From NCBI RefSeq assembly GCF_964355755.1, contig NC_092671.1, positions 38,884,304 to 38,948,303 of the forward strand: DNA of 64,000 bases, given 5' to 3'. A model generated the notes under the pieces. It had not been told where the DNA came from. It ran no database searches and saw only the letters and a list, made by a program, of their open reading frames with translations. Below, piece by piece: positions 38,382-52,500 of the stretch. A program made the position numbers and the translations under genes. The stretch comes from Antedon mediterranea. Taxonomy: Eukaryota; Animalia; Echinodermata. Positions within the stretch are counted from its first letter, which is position 1. The number at the start of each line of letters is the position of its first letter.

Positions 38382-40423
38382 AAGGTCAAGTTTACTAGTC
38401 AAGTCTTTCAACAAAATATTGACAATTGGCAGTTGTCTTACAATATTAAAAAATATTTTAATGTATCATTAGTATATTAATATAAGTATATAATAATTAG
38501 CAGTTCTTATATTATAACATTTCAATTAGTCTATTAAATGAATATATTGTGTTATAAATGTTATACATAATAATAGATTATCATTTGTATCTATGTCATA
38601 GAGATATTGTAATGAACTTAATATCTCTATGCTTATATGTGGTTACATGAACATTGATGTGCTAACAATGCTGTGTACACTTTTACATGTTGATGTTAAT
38701 TACTCTGCAATTATGATCTTAATGATTAGTGAGCACTCATTAGCATAGATATTGGCTGTTGTGTCAACATGGGTGTTTTTTAGGGGGGGGGGGGGGGGGG
38801 GCAGAAATAGTACTTAAATTAGTTAAGTCCATGAGGTATATTTCTGTGCCATATTTGTTTTAATTCTTCTTGGATAAGGACTATAAACTATAGGTCCAGT
38901 GTACACATCTGGCTTATGTGCACTTTAAAGAACCTAGTACATCTTTCGAGACGTGTAGGGGGTCACCCCGGTGTACTAGTACACACACAGACACTTATCA
39001 TAGCTCATTAAGAGAACCCCTTGATTGTCCGTATACGCTGTTTAGGCTCACCCTCTATAAATAAGGTGAAATGAAAATAAAATATCAAATGCAAGATTAT
39101 TTAAATTTGAAATATTTAAAAATTTAAAAACCAAAAATACATCCGTTTGATGTAGTCATAAATAACCCATAATCTATTTCATATTGTTTAAATACAACAG
39201 CTACTATAATTAAAACAATTCATTTTTGTTTCATTCTTGTGTTTGCAGAAATACCAGGAAAAATTAACAATTTAAATTATAGTGACAAATTGTAGTCACA
39301 AAAGTTTATTTTACAGTACTTAGTTTATGAAGAGAATGAAATGTAGCCTTTGCTCAGTGCCAATCTATATTTTCATAGTTTATTTGACAATATTGAATAA
39401 AAAATTAAAATTTTCTTTGCATGCATGCAAAAATAAGTGTCTGATTTTATTGATGTATTGTTGGATCCAGCTTGCTGAAAGGTGAAAGTTTATGAAAGGA
39501 ATACATTTTATTCAGGCAATTATACAGTTAAGCTCTGTTTACACTGTCGAACTAGTTTGACAAAAAAGTGTGATGTACCCAAATATGGTAGTGAAATTCC
39601 AAATATGGTAGTGATATGACATCATCATGTCCATATATGGACACATTACATTTTTTATCATATACAGTAAAGTTTGATAGTGTAGACAGAGCTTTAGACC
39701 AGCCAGGTACTGAGCAATAACATTTTCTTATTGTAAGCTATAAAGGTATTATCATTCTTGAGCTCAACTGGAAACTGAGGAAAATTGAATTATTATTTTA
39801 AGCTATAAAAGGTATTTTTTATTGTCCTCAAGCTTAACTGGAAATTATGGTCACGAGTACTCAGTTATGAGTAGAACGACAACAGAAGAAGTAACTGGAA
39901 ATTAAATTTGGATAGGCCCTCTATAGACCTATACGGCAAACAGCACCTACTCAAATCAGCATACTGGGAGACGATCTACTCTTTTTGAATAGTGTACCAA
40001 GTTCTTTAACATGCACTTATGTTTTGCGAAGTATAGTAGAATACCTGTTCCTATATCTGGTATCTAGAGCTCTGTCTCCACTATCCACTTTATGTGATGT
40101 GCCCATACATGGACATGATGATGTCATATCACTACCATATTTGCGAATAGCACCACCATATTTGTCAAACTAGTTTGATAGTGTAGACAGAGCTATAGCA
40201 CTCGATTCCAGAAAGGAAGTTTTGGGTGTCATGAATGTACTGGAGTCATACATACTTTGTGCGACTGAACTCTTCAAAATCAGTACAGTATAGTAATCGA
40301 CACAAACAACAATATATGACACAATATAAAAATAACACAAACTGTTTATTCTACATCAGTAATACTGTAGCTTAATAAGTGTACAAAATATTTGTCTAAT
40401 TTTTAAAAACTAAACTTAATTAT

Positions 40424-43400
40424 TTAACTTGTTATTTCTTCTTTAACAGACTTGATCTCGCTCTTATCTCGACTCTTATTCCTCTCGGAACTTTTCTTCT
40501 TTTTCTTTGATTTTCGTTTACTGCTTCCGTACGGATTAACGCAACCTTTGCACTTGCACCAATGAGCGCACGGCTCCTGAGCATGATAGCATTTACATCG
40601 ACTTGTGTATTTGCCTTTCTTGTAGGAGCAGCTTTCGGGATTGTCCTGGTTTTGGCCACATTTACAAATGTACTTCTTGACCGGTGGAAGCACTTTGATG
40701 GACGGCATAGATGAAGACGACACCTCATCACTTGAGTCAGTTGAATCAGAATCATCTACACTCATTGCCTCCTGCCGTTTCCACATCTCTTCAAATTTTT
40801 GCTGTTATTTAGGAGAAACAAAAATTTCTATTATCAATGTCATTTTATTGAGGGTTAAAATACAACTGCACTGATTACTACTAGCTGCAAAATTATGGAA
40901 GTATACGCTAATAGCCTCCTGCTGTTTCCACATCTCTTCAAATTTTTGCTGTTAGGAGAAAACAAAACGCGGACAATTTAATATTCTATTATCAATGTGA
41001 ATTTAAAAGATTTTATCATATCACATTTTAATTTGTTATTTATTTATACTGGGTAAACTCTTCAGTCAAAGCCCAGTTATGATCAGTGGCTGTGTGTGTT
41101 TTTATTGAGGGTATAGGTCCAAACACAACTGTGCTGATTGGCTGCAACGTAATGGAAGTATGTTTCCAGACGTGTTTGATCCAAAACATAACCGGGGTAA
41201 TAAGGTGAAGTGATTAGAGGCTTTGTGCATCAAAGAGCTATATAAGATCGACGTATTATTATTATTAAATAGCATGTAGATGGAAATCACTCATTACACC
41301 TCAGTTTCCACAATAGACTCACACAGATTAGCCCTAAATAGGTAAATTCTAATTGGATAACTTGTATATAAACTCATTTATCCACAAACTTTCTCAACTC
41401 TACAAAAATATAATTAATGTTAGCTTACGTCTCTCTGTTCTTCATCCGTTTCAGTCTCCTCATCATCATATTCTTTTAATTTACTAATAGTGTGAGGCTT
41501 TTTACTTGTCTTGCCCTCAGAAGGTGGCTGTTCTGACTTACTGCTTGCTGCTTCAGGCTGGGCTGACTTCTGTCCGTAATCATGATCGTCCATGACAAAT
41601 TTCTGCTTAGCCTGAATTTGAAAACAAACGGTGTACATATTTATATTATTTAGAAATTTTACATCGAACAATTGTTTGACAAAAAAAGTGTGATGTGCCC
41701 AAATATGGTAGTGATATGCCCAAATATGGTAGTGATATGACATCATCATGTCCATGTATGGGCACATTTTCACATAAAGTTTGATAGTGTAGACTTTATA
41801 CTATGTGGCAATCACATACTGCTTTGGTACTGATATTTTATAATTTCACTTACTCTATCGTATTTAGCGATGACAGGCAGGTTACCCTGACTATGCATTA
41901 CAGGCATTAATGCATGGAAGATACATGCAATCTCACCAGACGCTAGCAAGACTGGCCTATCACAGCTCCCATCATCCCCCTCGCATTTCCCATAAAGCAC
42001 TTGGTGACGGTCTTCCAGAATATCTAATTATACTTGTTAAAGAAAGATTTCTAGAGAAAGTTGCTTTATTCAAATTGTTTAGACATTACAATAATATTTC
42101 TAACTTACTGACACACTTTAATTTATAAAACGTAATTAAGTCTATAAAAGGTAAAGATGAGAACATGAGAGATTTCTACATGTATTGGAAGAGTCCAAAT
42201 CTAGACCAGTGGTTTAATCTTAATTAGAGACAACTTTTATGTTTACTTTTTCGTCTTGATTGTTTAGACATTATTTCAGCATTGTTAAGCTCTGTCTACA
42301 CTATCAAACTGGTTTCACATTTTGTATTACTAGTAGAATATGCAAGGTAAGTTAATCAAGATAATGGGGTTTTAACTATAAAGCTCTGTCTACACTATCA
42401 AACTAGTTGACAAAAAAAGTGTGATATGCTCAAATATGGTAGTGATATGCCCAAATATGGTAGTGATATGACATCATCACATCCATTTATTATGGTCACA
42501 TTATGGTTTTTTTGTCACATAAAGTTTGATAGTTTAGACAAGGCATTACTGTGGTTTCTATTTATAGACAAAAGGATACGTTGTTGACAATACGCGATAG
42601 CTGGTAAGCGGTTGTTACAACAGTTCTTTCCGTCAGCTTCGTATTTACATACCATCAGCGGTTGTTCGGGTTTAACGCCTTCTCGCATCGCTGTCACCTG
42701 TATTCGTCTCTTTTTAGATTTGTCCGCAAGCAAGGCTTCGCATCCTCTGCGCTTGCGGTACCGCTTCATAGCTTGAAGTTTCTTTAACTTTTTCTTCTCC
42801 CTAGGATCAGTGACCTTACCAATATTCAAACCTAAAAGGTCAAGGAACCAGAACACTACATTACTATATAACTAGAATTTAATTCGTCACTTTGACAAAT
42901 TATAGGTGATCATTTTTATCATTTTACCAAAATAAACTTTTTTTAAACATGTACGTACGTTAACATACGATCGGAAAATGTTGATGTATGCCATCCTATT
43001 ATATGCTTATAGTGCTGAGTTGTGCATATTATATGCCATACCATACAGTGTAGCATAGGTGAAATTACGGGACACGCATCATTTTCTAATTTTTTGGTAT
43101 GTTGGAATTATCAAAATAAACTCAAAGTTGACAATTTCGAAAGATAATGAATTGAGCAAATAAATATAAGAATTGGAAGAGAATTTGGCACGTAGAAGCG
43201 CAATGCGCGCTCTTTGAAATGTTTATAACTTTGACTTATAATAAAATAATTCTCTTTTCTGTATTACAAATACCATAATACAATACATAGCATATCACAA
43301 ACACAATACAATTGCAGTTTAAATATTTAAAAATTAAGAATTTACCAATCGTCTGCTCCTCAATGCTGCGTTCAGCTAAGTACTTGCGGCGTTTTTCTCG

Positions 43401-45418
43401 CATTACGTGCTGGAGTCGTTTGAACTGGTTTATATAAAGTGACTGCAGTCGAATTAGTTTCTCCTTTGTTGTCAAGGCAACCTCTTCGGCTGTGTACACT
43501 CCTGCATGCCTGCAACAAATATCAAACCATTCATAACATTATCAAGCTCAAACATTGTTGTCATTTACAAGTGTAAAAATGATGTTTAGTAAACAATAAC
43601 AAATTTACCTGAATGTGTGATACTGAAAATTCCATTTATTGTCATTTGCATATAAAATATACATAGAAATTATGCACATATGTTGTGTCAGACACTATAC
43701 GGCGCCCGGAGCCATTATTACAGAAGGTTCTGTCATTTACGGCAATGGTCAGAATGGACACATTCTGTGTTGGTAAGGTGGCTTATTTAATTTATCTGGC
43801 AGATGATGGGTCATTACTTTTAAGGGTCAAGGGTCATCATGTATGACTGGTAGTAAATAAATAGTAATAATATCTATTTGAAACATTGGTTTGGAATTGT
43901 AATGACTAAAGCTCTGTCTACACTATCAAACTAGTTTGACAAAAAAAGTATATGATGTGCCCAAATATGATAGTGATATACTTAAATATGGTAGTGATAT
44001 GACATCATCATGTCCATGGGCACATTGGACACATTTTTTTGTGACCTAAAGTTTGATAGTGTAATCAGAGCTTAATGATGACTTACTTGAGCAAATCCTC
44101 TTGCTCACTGTCCACACTTTCAGCATCACTTTCATTGTCTCCTCTCCATGATTGGTCCACAAGAAGTGGTTCCACATCACTGCTGCTGTCACTACCATAT
44201 TCTACCAAAAGATGCAAATTGTTAAATATTGTTTTCTTTAAATTCAGCATTGTTTGGTGCCATCTGTTGATTTATTATCTACTTTGTGGGTGATCTTCTC
44301 TTTTTGTTTTATTTCATACGCATCCAACAGCAAGTAACTCGCCAATTACATGATGGATAGACTATTTTATAATTTATCGTGCTTAAAACTAAGTCTCATT
44401 TGAGGCTTAGCGAATGGAGTTGAAAGAGTTGTGAGTTACAACCCTGGTACTAGGTCAGAATTAAACCCTGGATCTTGGGATTGGAAGGCAAGCATGTTAA
44501 CCACCAAGCTGCAGCTTCATTCCAAATCTAGAACATTGTTTGACTTGAATTTAATTTAAATAAACGTAAAAAGATTGGAATAAAGTGAATTGAATTCAAT
44601 ACCTAATACTTTAGCAGCTTCTGATGGCAGACTGTCAGGAAGCTGTTTAGAGGAGCTGGCTCTGTACGGATCAAGATCGGCAAGGATTGTCTCTGTGCGA
44701 TTACTCGGACGTCTCTTTAAAATATTTTTATGCCGAAGCATGGCGGTTTTCCTTGAATGTTCAACACAAAATCTGGAAGGAGGAAAACATAGCATTTGCA
44801 TTGAAAATGATTACAAATTTATTGTTTAAATATTAGTAAATTATTTACTTAGAAAAGCTTATTACACCTAACTTAGTCAAGTTACTAGAGTTTTGAAACT
44901 TTTAAATTGACTTCAAAAAGTATGAACAGTTCATCCAACAGAAAGATGAGAGAAAGCCAATGTTAAGATCATCTACACTATCAAACTAGTTTGACAAAAA
45001 AGTGTGATGTGCCTAAATATGGTAGTGATAATATGCCCAAATATGGTAGTGATATGACATCATCAAGTCCATATATGAGCACATCACATTTGTTTGTCAC
45101 ATAAAGTTTGATAGTGTAGATAGAGCTTTAGTGCTAAGTAGGTATGTATGTGGTACTTGTAATAAGGTGTTGACACACAAACAATTCATACCCATCTTTT
45201 TTGTCTGATTTAGGTGCAGGATGAGGACAGCGTTTCCCATTCTTTGTAGATATATAATTGCATTGTTTAAACGGTGCATTCTTATCTTCAAGAATGTGTC
45301 GAATACAGTACTCGTAGCCGTCAAGTCGATTCTGCATACATATACGATGCGAGTAGCTGCAAAACAAACTTTCAGAACGCAATGTTCGTCGACTGCTAGC
45401 ATTGGATCGCCCTTTCAT
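40424..45418 (-). CDS. KANSL2: KAT8 regulatory NSL complex subunit 2, with a C-terminal CXC domain; exons 45418-45192, 44772-44603, 44201-44087, 43509-43346, 42831-42580, 42023-41854, 41611-41429, 40801-40424
   Basis: [34 protein letters not shown] (zf-C3Hc3H); [43 protein letters not shown]; second C3Hc3H unit [15 protein letters not shown]. Confidence 0.95.
42024..42579 (-). other. U12-type (minor spliceosome) GT-AG intron in KANSL2
   Basis: Donor GTATCCTTTT; branch site TTTCTTTAAC about 12 nt before AG. Confidence 0.9.
44301..44519 (-). mobile_element. tRNA-derived SINE (same family as 15491-15708)
   Basis: Reverse-complement similarity over about 210 bp. Confidence 0.8.
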
Positions 45419-45899
45419 TTTAATCTGAAAAAATGTAAACATATTTCTTGAAATAAAATACAATAGTATTACAGTAGTTGATAAAGAGAGTAGCGTTAAT
45501 TATTCATATTCATTGGTCATAATGAGTTATCATGCGTATGCCCATGAAACATGATCAATGGCTTAACATCCTATCTGAAGGATCATGGTGATGCAATGAA
45601 ATTAGAACAGCTGCCGAGTGATAGAGGCAACAAATTACATTTGTTTGTTCATACAATTAAATTACACAAAATAGGTATATGGTAGTAATTAAACTTTAGG
45701 TCTACTCATAACCTATAATAATAGTAGTCACGCCTAGACCTCTCTCTAGCTGACTGTATTCTAGGTCACACCAAAGCTAGGCTCGACTACACAATAAAAA
45801 GCTTTTTTTCACACGTACTGCTGGCGGTCACACACAGGTTCAACCACGAGACTCCAACACACAAATACAGCAGTCCTTTCAGATCAAAGACCACATAAA

Positions 45900-46506
45900 T
45901 TTAACCTTAGATTTTTAGTATATAATTTAGTATGTATATAAAACTAGGATTTGATCATGTTTAAATTCGTCATTAATGTTTCATGGCTTGCAGTTTACAT
46001 TATTAATGAAAGAAAATATAGCAGCCCGCCCGCACATTTCATGAACGAAAGAAGTAAAAACGTGCCCTCTGCCAGCAACGAATCACTCGACGAAAGAAAC
46101 CAGTCGAGGAAGGAACTTAACAGTTCTCTAGAAAAATACAGAGTTTTCGGACATTAATCTTCAGATTTTGTTGATATTTATGTTGCTAACTCGGCCTCAA
46201 CAAATTGATACAATGTTTACCTACAAAATTGATTTGCAAATACTTACGGATTTTTATCGAGAACGGAGAAATTTATTGCTCTACTTGGCGGATTTTGTTA
46301 CAAGATTTCAGGATGGTTAGGCGCCGACCTTTCTGGTTCAGGAACAACAAAGATAGCTTTTGTTGTGCAATCAAGCATTGCAAGCTATCCAATTGCGTCA
46401 TGCAGAAGCTGATATTTCAAGAAAAGCTATCAGTAACCTATGACCCTATTTGTAAAATTGAAAGGAGCATGCGTATACAGCTTGTCTGTTCGTCGTTCCT
46501 GGTCTC
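45900..46506. promoter_or_regulatory. Probable bidirectional promoter and 5' UTR region between KANSL2 and cyclin T
   Basis: Divergent start codons about 1.1 kb apart; CpG-richer than flanks; YY1-like ATGGCG at 46507 and CGCCAT near 46706. Confidence 0.5.
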
Positions 46507-49500
46507 ATGGCGGTACGGTCCGAGAATTTCACAGAAAATTGGTATTATTCTCGGGAACAAATCGAAAATTCTCCATCCCGCAAGTATGGAGTGGACCAGG
46601 AAAAAGAGTTGTCCTACCGTCAACAAGCTGCCAACCTTATTCAAGATATGGGACAACGTCTTACAGTGTATCTTTTTCATGATTCGGATGGCGTCTTTTT
46701 TTCTCCGCCATGTTGACGGGGAATTTTTATTTTATAGTCATTTTTACTCATTAAATCAGGTTGTTTTTCTTATAAAAATAAGTAATGTAGGGTCTACAGT
46801 TTTTAAAATATAATCATTTATATATTTTGTATAATATTATATATTTTTAATCGCAAAATTTACCGTATTTTGAATGATGATTGAATGGGGTTCAAGTAGC
46901 ATGCGTGTGATGGATCGTTAGCCGCCAAATGTCGCAAATGAAGTGATCGTGGTGGGCCTAGCTATCTTAACTTTCTAATAAGTAGGTCACAGTGTACTGT
47001 TATCATATTTTATAATATTATGTACTTTATATTTTTGTAGATACTGTCTTTTTAAATGAAGTTAATTGCATAATAAACATGAAATTCATATCATTATCAC
47101 AAAGTTCATCAGAGAGAGGTCATGCAGCAGTTTTCCTAGAAAGTTGATGAGTCATACTTTGAATATACCTACACTGCAGTGTCAGTACTGTCTGTAATAG
47201 CAAGACTTTTTATATTTTAAAGCTTGCGTACAGTAATTATAGTTAAATTGATTGATTTATTAAATATACATGAATAATAATATGTTAACATAATAGTTAA
47301 TACATTGAAATCATTTAAATTTAATTATTTTGTTTGTCATGTCAAATAATATTAAATATTTGGATAATGGATGGGAAATTTATTTTATTATTATTTATTA
47401 ATATTATACAATACAGTGGTTCCAGTCATCTACCCTAAATTTGGCCCTCAAATTTTTCAAGAAATAATTACGGAGAATGAGATTGACAGTAAATGTAAAT
47501 ATGGTGATATATTTATTTCAACAATATTTTACGAGAGTGGTTCATCCAGCCGAAGCTGATCATTAGGGACCCCCACAAAAATACATCATGCATGACAAGA
47601 CATAAACATGTAACAATAAAAATTAAATTGAAATAAATATAATTTATAAAGATAAAACAAACAAACAACAACTATTTAGAATCATAAATTAAATATAAAA
47701 TAGACATAAATAATAATTTAATAACATAATACATCATTTAAATTTAATTATTTTGTTTGTCATGTCAGTTAATGTTTGAATCATGGTGGCAAATATGTTA
47801 TTTATATTATACGATTTAAAAAAATCCATGTATTTGGCCTAGTCTTACCATTATATCAATGAAAGTATTTTCCATTTTCCTTAATGTTGAATAACAGTAA
47901 CCAACTATGTATCAATACTGCTATAGTATACATGCACAGGTTCTACATGGTCCATTCCTTCACAAAGTTCCATCGCAATGTAAGTCTGATTTTTTTTTTA
48001 TTGACTACTGTATAGATAATTACTTTTTGCAGTGCAGTAGTATAATTGATCTGGTCTTCCTATCATAGTAATTAACTTTATAACACTTCTAGACTTATTG
48101 TGACCACCATCCACATTTATATATATTTAATGATTTATTAAGAAAATAATATGTATTATTTGTGGAAACTAATATTAATAAACCACAATAGCTAACGGAC
48201 ATAGTCCTGATTACTAATATTCGAATGTTTTTATTTTTAGGTAATCGCGCCAGCCTGTTTATTTTTAGGAGCAAAAGTAGAAGAACAACCCCGCAAATTA
48301 GAACACGTAGTTAGATTTGCGTATGCTTGTTTAAATCGTGAATCACAGCAACAACTAAACCCCAAAACTGAGGTACGTTCTATTTTGCACAATGTAGCTT
48401 ATGTTAGAAAACTTAATTTAAATAATTTATTTTATTTATTCGGTATAATAAAAATACATCCAATTACAAAACAACAGTCAAGGACTGAAATGAATTGCAC
48501 TACAAATATATAAAAATAGGATAAAATAGCTATAAAAAAATAAAACCATCCTATTAATATTGAATATCGTACCATGATTAAGAAAACAGACATGAATAAA
48601 AAAACATGCACTACTTAAATATCTTACAACACTGCGGTACCAGATTTCAACAAGGAGATATAATTTACAATATAGTTATCTTAAAATGTTTGAAATTTAA
48701 ATATCTGAAGCTTTTAACCATATTATATCTATTTACAGCTGTATTCGCAGTTAGCCCAAGAACTTGTAATAAACGAAAGCATTATACTACAGACATTAGG
48801 TAAGTGTGACATTTATAATTGTCACTCAATTACTATAAAAGCTGCTTGCCTATTGACTATGCATTGTTTTCATATTTTACTGACAAATTAATGGATTAAT
48901 TGCTGTATTTTTTCCTTATTGTATGTACCTTTGTTTCCGACAAATCAGAAGATTCGGTACTAACATTTTTGTTAGGTTTTGAAATTGCTGTATTTGTTCC
49001 CTATTGAATGTAAATTCTTTCTCCTTTGTTTCTGACCAATCAGAAGATTCGGTACTAACATTTTTGTTAGGTTTTGAAATTGCTGTATTTGTTCCCTATT
49101 GAATGTAATTCTTTCTCCTTTGTTTCTGACCAATCAGAAGATTCAGTACTAACATGTTTGTTAGGTTGAAATTGCTGTATTAGTTCCCTAATTGAATGTA
49201 AATTCTTTCTCCTTTGTTTCTGACCAATCAGAAGATTCAGTACTAACATGTTTGTTAGGTTGAAATTGCTGTATTTGTTCCCTATTGAATGTAAATTCTT
49301 TCTCCTTTGTTTCTGACCAATCAGAAGATTCAGTACTAACATGTTTGTTAGGTTGAAATTGCTGTATTTGTTCCCTATTGAATGTAAATTCTTTCTCCTT
49401 TGTTTCTGACCAATCAGAAGATTCGGTACTAACATTTTTGTTAGGTTGAAAGTGCTATATTTGTTCCCTATTGAATGTAATTCTTTCTCCTTTGTTTCTG

Positions 49501-52500
49501 ACCAATCAGAAGATTTGGTACTAACATGTTTGTTAGGTTGAAATTGCTGTATTTGTTTCCTATTGAATGTAATTCTTTCTCCTTTGTTTCTGACCAATCA
49601 GAAGATTCAGTACTAACATGTTTGTTAGGTTGAAATTGCTGTTATTTGTTTCCTATTGAATGTAATTCTTTCTGACCAATCAGAAGATTCGGTATTGACA
49701 TGCTGGTTATCTTTTGTTAGGTTTTGAAATTGCTGTTGACCATCCTCATACCCATGTTGTTAAGTGTACTCAATTAATACGAGGTAAGTGGCTAATTAAT
49801 TGGTTAATTAGCAAAAAATTAAACATTGTCCCCAAAAAAAATACATTTCATACACTCATTTCCAATATTACCCTTTTTATAATAAAATACATAAAGATAT
49901 CTTTCAATCTGTTGGAAAACCAATCATGCAAAACAAGCATACATTTATTTGAATATTTTATAAGGATATATTGTCCTTTTACGATTGTTTGTTATTAAAT
50001 ATTGATATGTTTAGAATTTGTCTACAGTAGAAATTTTCAATCATACAATTTGTACCGGTCAATATCAAAATAAAAAATAAAGCTGTAGATAATCTGATGT
50101 TTTGATTTGGATTACGTTCATAAAATGTTACATACAGCAATGAAACCTAGTTAAAATTTTTATGAAAATTAACTTTATGCACAAATTGCATTAAGAATTG
50201 AGGCTTTCTACTGTTTGTATAAGGATGTTACATGCATGACAATTTACGGACTTTGTAGCAGTCACAATTGTGTTGAGTGTTGTTTATTCTCCTTGAGGCT
50301 AATTTGCTAATAAGTTACTTTTACTTCACTTCCTTTGGTGACGTTGAAACCTGATTGGCTGACTTACTCGTTGCTGCCTCTTCTCTGTCGGCTTGTCTGT
50401 GTGACCACTTCCAGCCAGCAAGGATCTATCCCAGACCTCGTACTTCATGGCGACCAACAGGTTGGCTGCCCTTTTGTCTTGTCTCTCAATTGGAAAACTC
50501 AAAGCCATGGCATTATTTGCTGATCCAATTTTGGTAGCAAATATTACTAATTTATAATTTTCTTTAATAATACAATAAGTTTCATATTTTGGACAAAGTA
50601 CATTTTGCCATGGTTTACAGTTTCCCTACCAACTGACTACATATTTAAACTGGTTGTAATTTTTTGTGCACATCGTTAAATGGACCGTTGGGGGTTAATA
50701 TCAAAAACTTGGCAAAAGACAATAACCATGGACTATCATGTTTGAAAATGTTCCTGATGTTTACTGATGGCACTATTAGACACTAATAACACCTTTGGTT
50801 AACTAATGATGATGCAACAAAAAGTTACAGCTAGTCAATGTCAGTATTAAATATGAGGACTAGACATAGAGGTCAAAGGTTAGACTCGTAACAGAGATCA
50901 CAGAGGTGGTGACCTTAACGGTCATGAGCTGTACGGGTAAGAAAAAAAAACACACAAATGGTTCGATAATCTATTAAAATAGGCTAAGGCAAGAAAGCCA
51001 CCAAACTAATTTATTATCTTCTTTATTTTTATTAGAATAACTGCAGAATTTATCTAAAATCCAGTTTTTGTAATAAAAACCTTGATGAAATTGTTGGAGA
51101 AATATCCAGAGATGAAGCTTTAAGATTTTTTGTATTATTATGCAATTATGATTCTTAGTGAATAGAGTTCCTAACATTTAAATTTAATTTTAGGTTTGAA
51201 GTATACCCTGTACAGAAAGATACACATATTCAGGAAGTTTAAAGCCTGAATGTTCTATACATTATTTTAAAATTATTAGAAAAATTCAATGCTTAACAAG
51301 GTATACTACAAACGATAACATAATTTTAAATTTTGTAAACAAAGTTTTTTTTTTTTAATTCTTGCCACAAGTAAATAAGTTTGCTATGTTTATATATAGG
51401 ATGTTGTGTTATCATATCTATAAACATACCAACTCCTAGTTTTAAGATATAGAGATATATTATAAGTTCCTGCAATATATTACTAACACTAATAAAAATA
51501 TTATTTATAATTGTTTGTAATCTAGTCTTCATCTGACGACGTTTTGCCTTCGTTATAAACCAACTGCTGTAGCATGTGCTTGTATACATTTGTCTGCAAA
51601 ATGGTCCAAGATGCAGGTAACTATCTTTTATCAAAATGTTCTAATGTAAGGAACAAAGTTGAGCTTTACCTTTGTTGTGTCATAGTTCAATCCTCGCCTT
51701 GTGACCTAGTCTCTGCCCTAAGTAATACTCTTTTTACTAGCAAAATTCTAGGCCTATTTTAAAGGACAAATGACCTGTATAGAGCCAATTGTTATCCCTG
51801 ATTTCAATTCTCTTAACCAAAATTTTTTTTTTATTTCAGATACCCAAGTCAAGTGATGGTAAAAATTTCTGGGAGTATGTGGATAGAAATATAACAGTAT
51901 CAGTTTTAGATGGTAAATTTCTCATCTTTTGTAGTTCCTGCAATTATTTCATTTACCATAACCAGCCCACGAATTTCACGTCGGCAATCGGCAATTGCCG
52001 ACCTTATTGCCGACCTTAAATTGTCAGAGGACGGCAAGAGATTGCCGACCTAGAAACTAGGCTAGATCCCTCCTTTCAAGCCTCCTAGCAACAACATGGT
52101 ACTTTAAGGGATCGTATCATTTAAATTTTAACAGGCATATTCACCACCATGTTGTGTTTAGTTAACAAACCATGGAATTAAGATGATCCCTGAATTCACT
52201 CAACCATTACATCATTTTGTGTGTGAGCTGCATGCTTTCTCCTATCAACCAAGCTGGCTGGGCACAGCGCGGTGCGCGACAGACCTGTGTAGGGGAATAC
52301 CCTGTTATGCCAAGCAAGCAACTATGCTCTGTGTACGGCTAGCTCCAGAACCATGATGTTCAGCAATTAATTATCAAATAGAATTTATCTTGTAGATTTT
52401 AGTGTTAGGTTTTTATATTTTAGTTAATTTTGCTAGTTCTTTTTGCATAACATATAGCTAGGGAGGCTAGGCCTAGCTAGGCCTTTAGGTTAGCAAGAGG

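Noticed and set aside
41155-41260. H/ACA snoRNA (human KANSL2 introns host the SNORA2 family)
   Set aside because: Only one short hairpin before an ACA, with no H box or second hairpin
43685-43845. Possible C/D snoRNA in a KANSL2 intron (minus-strand ATGATGA..CTGA)
   Set aside because: No terminal stem and no rRNA complement I can recognise; more likely a repeat fragment. An Rfam scan would settle it
49067-49597. 176-aa minus-strand ORF
   Set aside because: Arises from the ~93-bp tandem repeat and shifts between repeat frames
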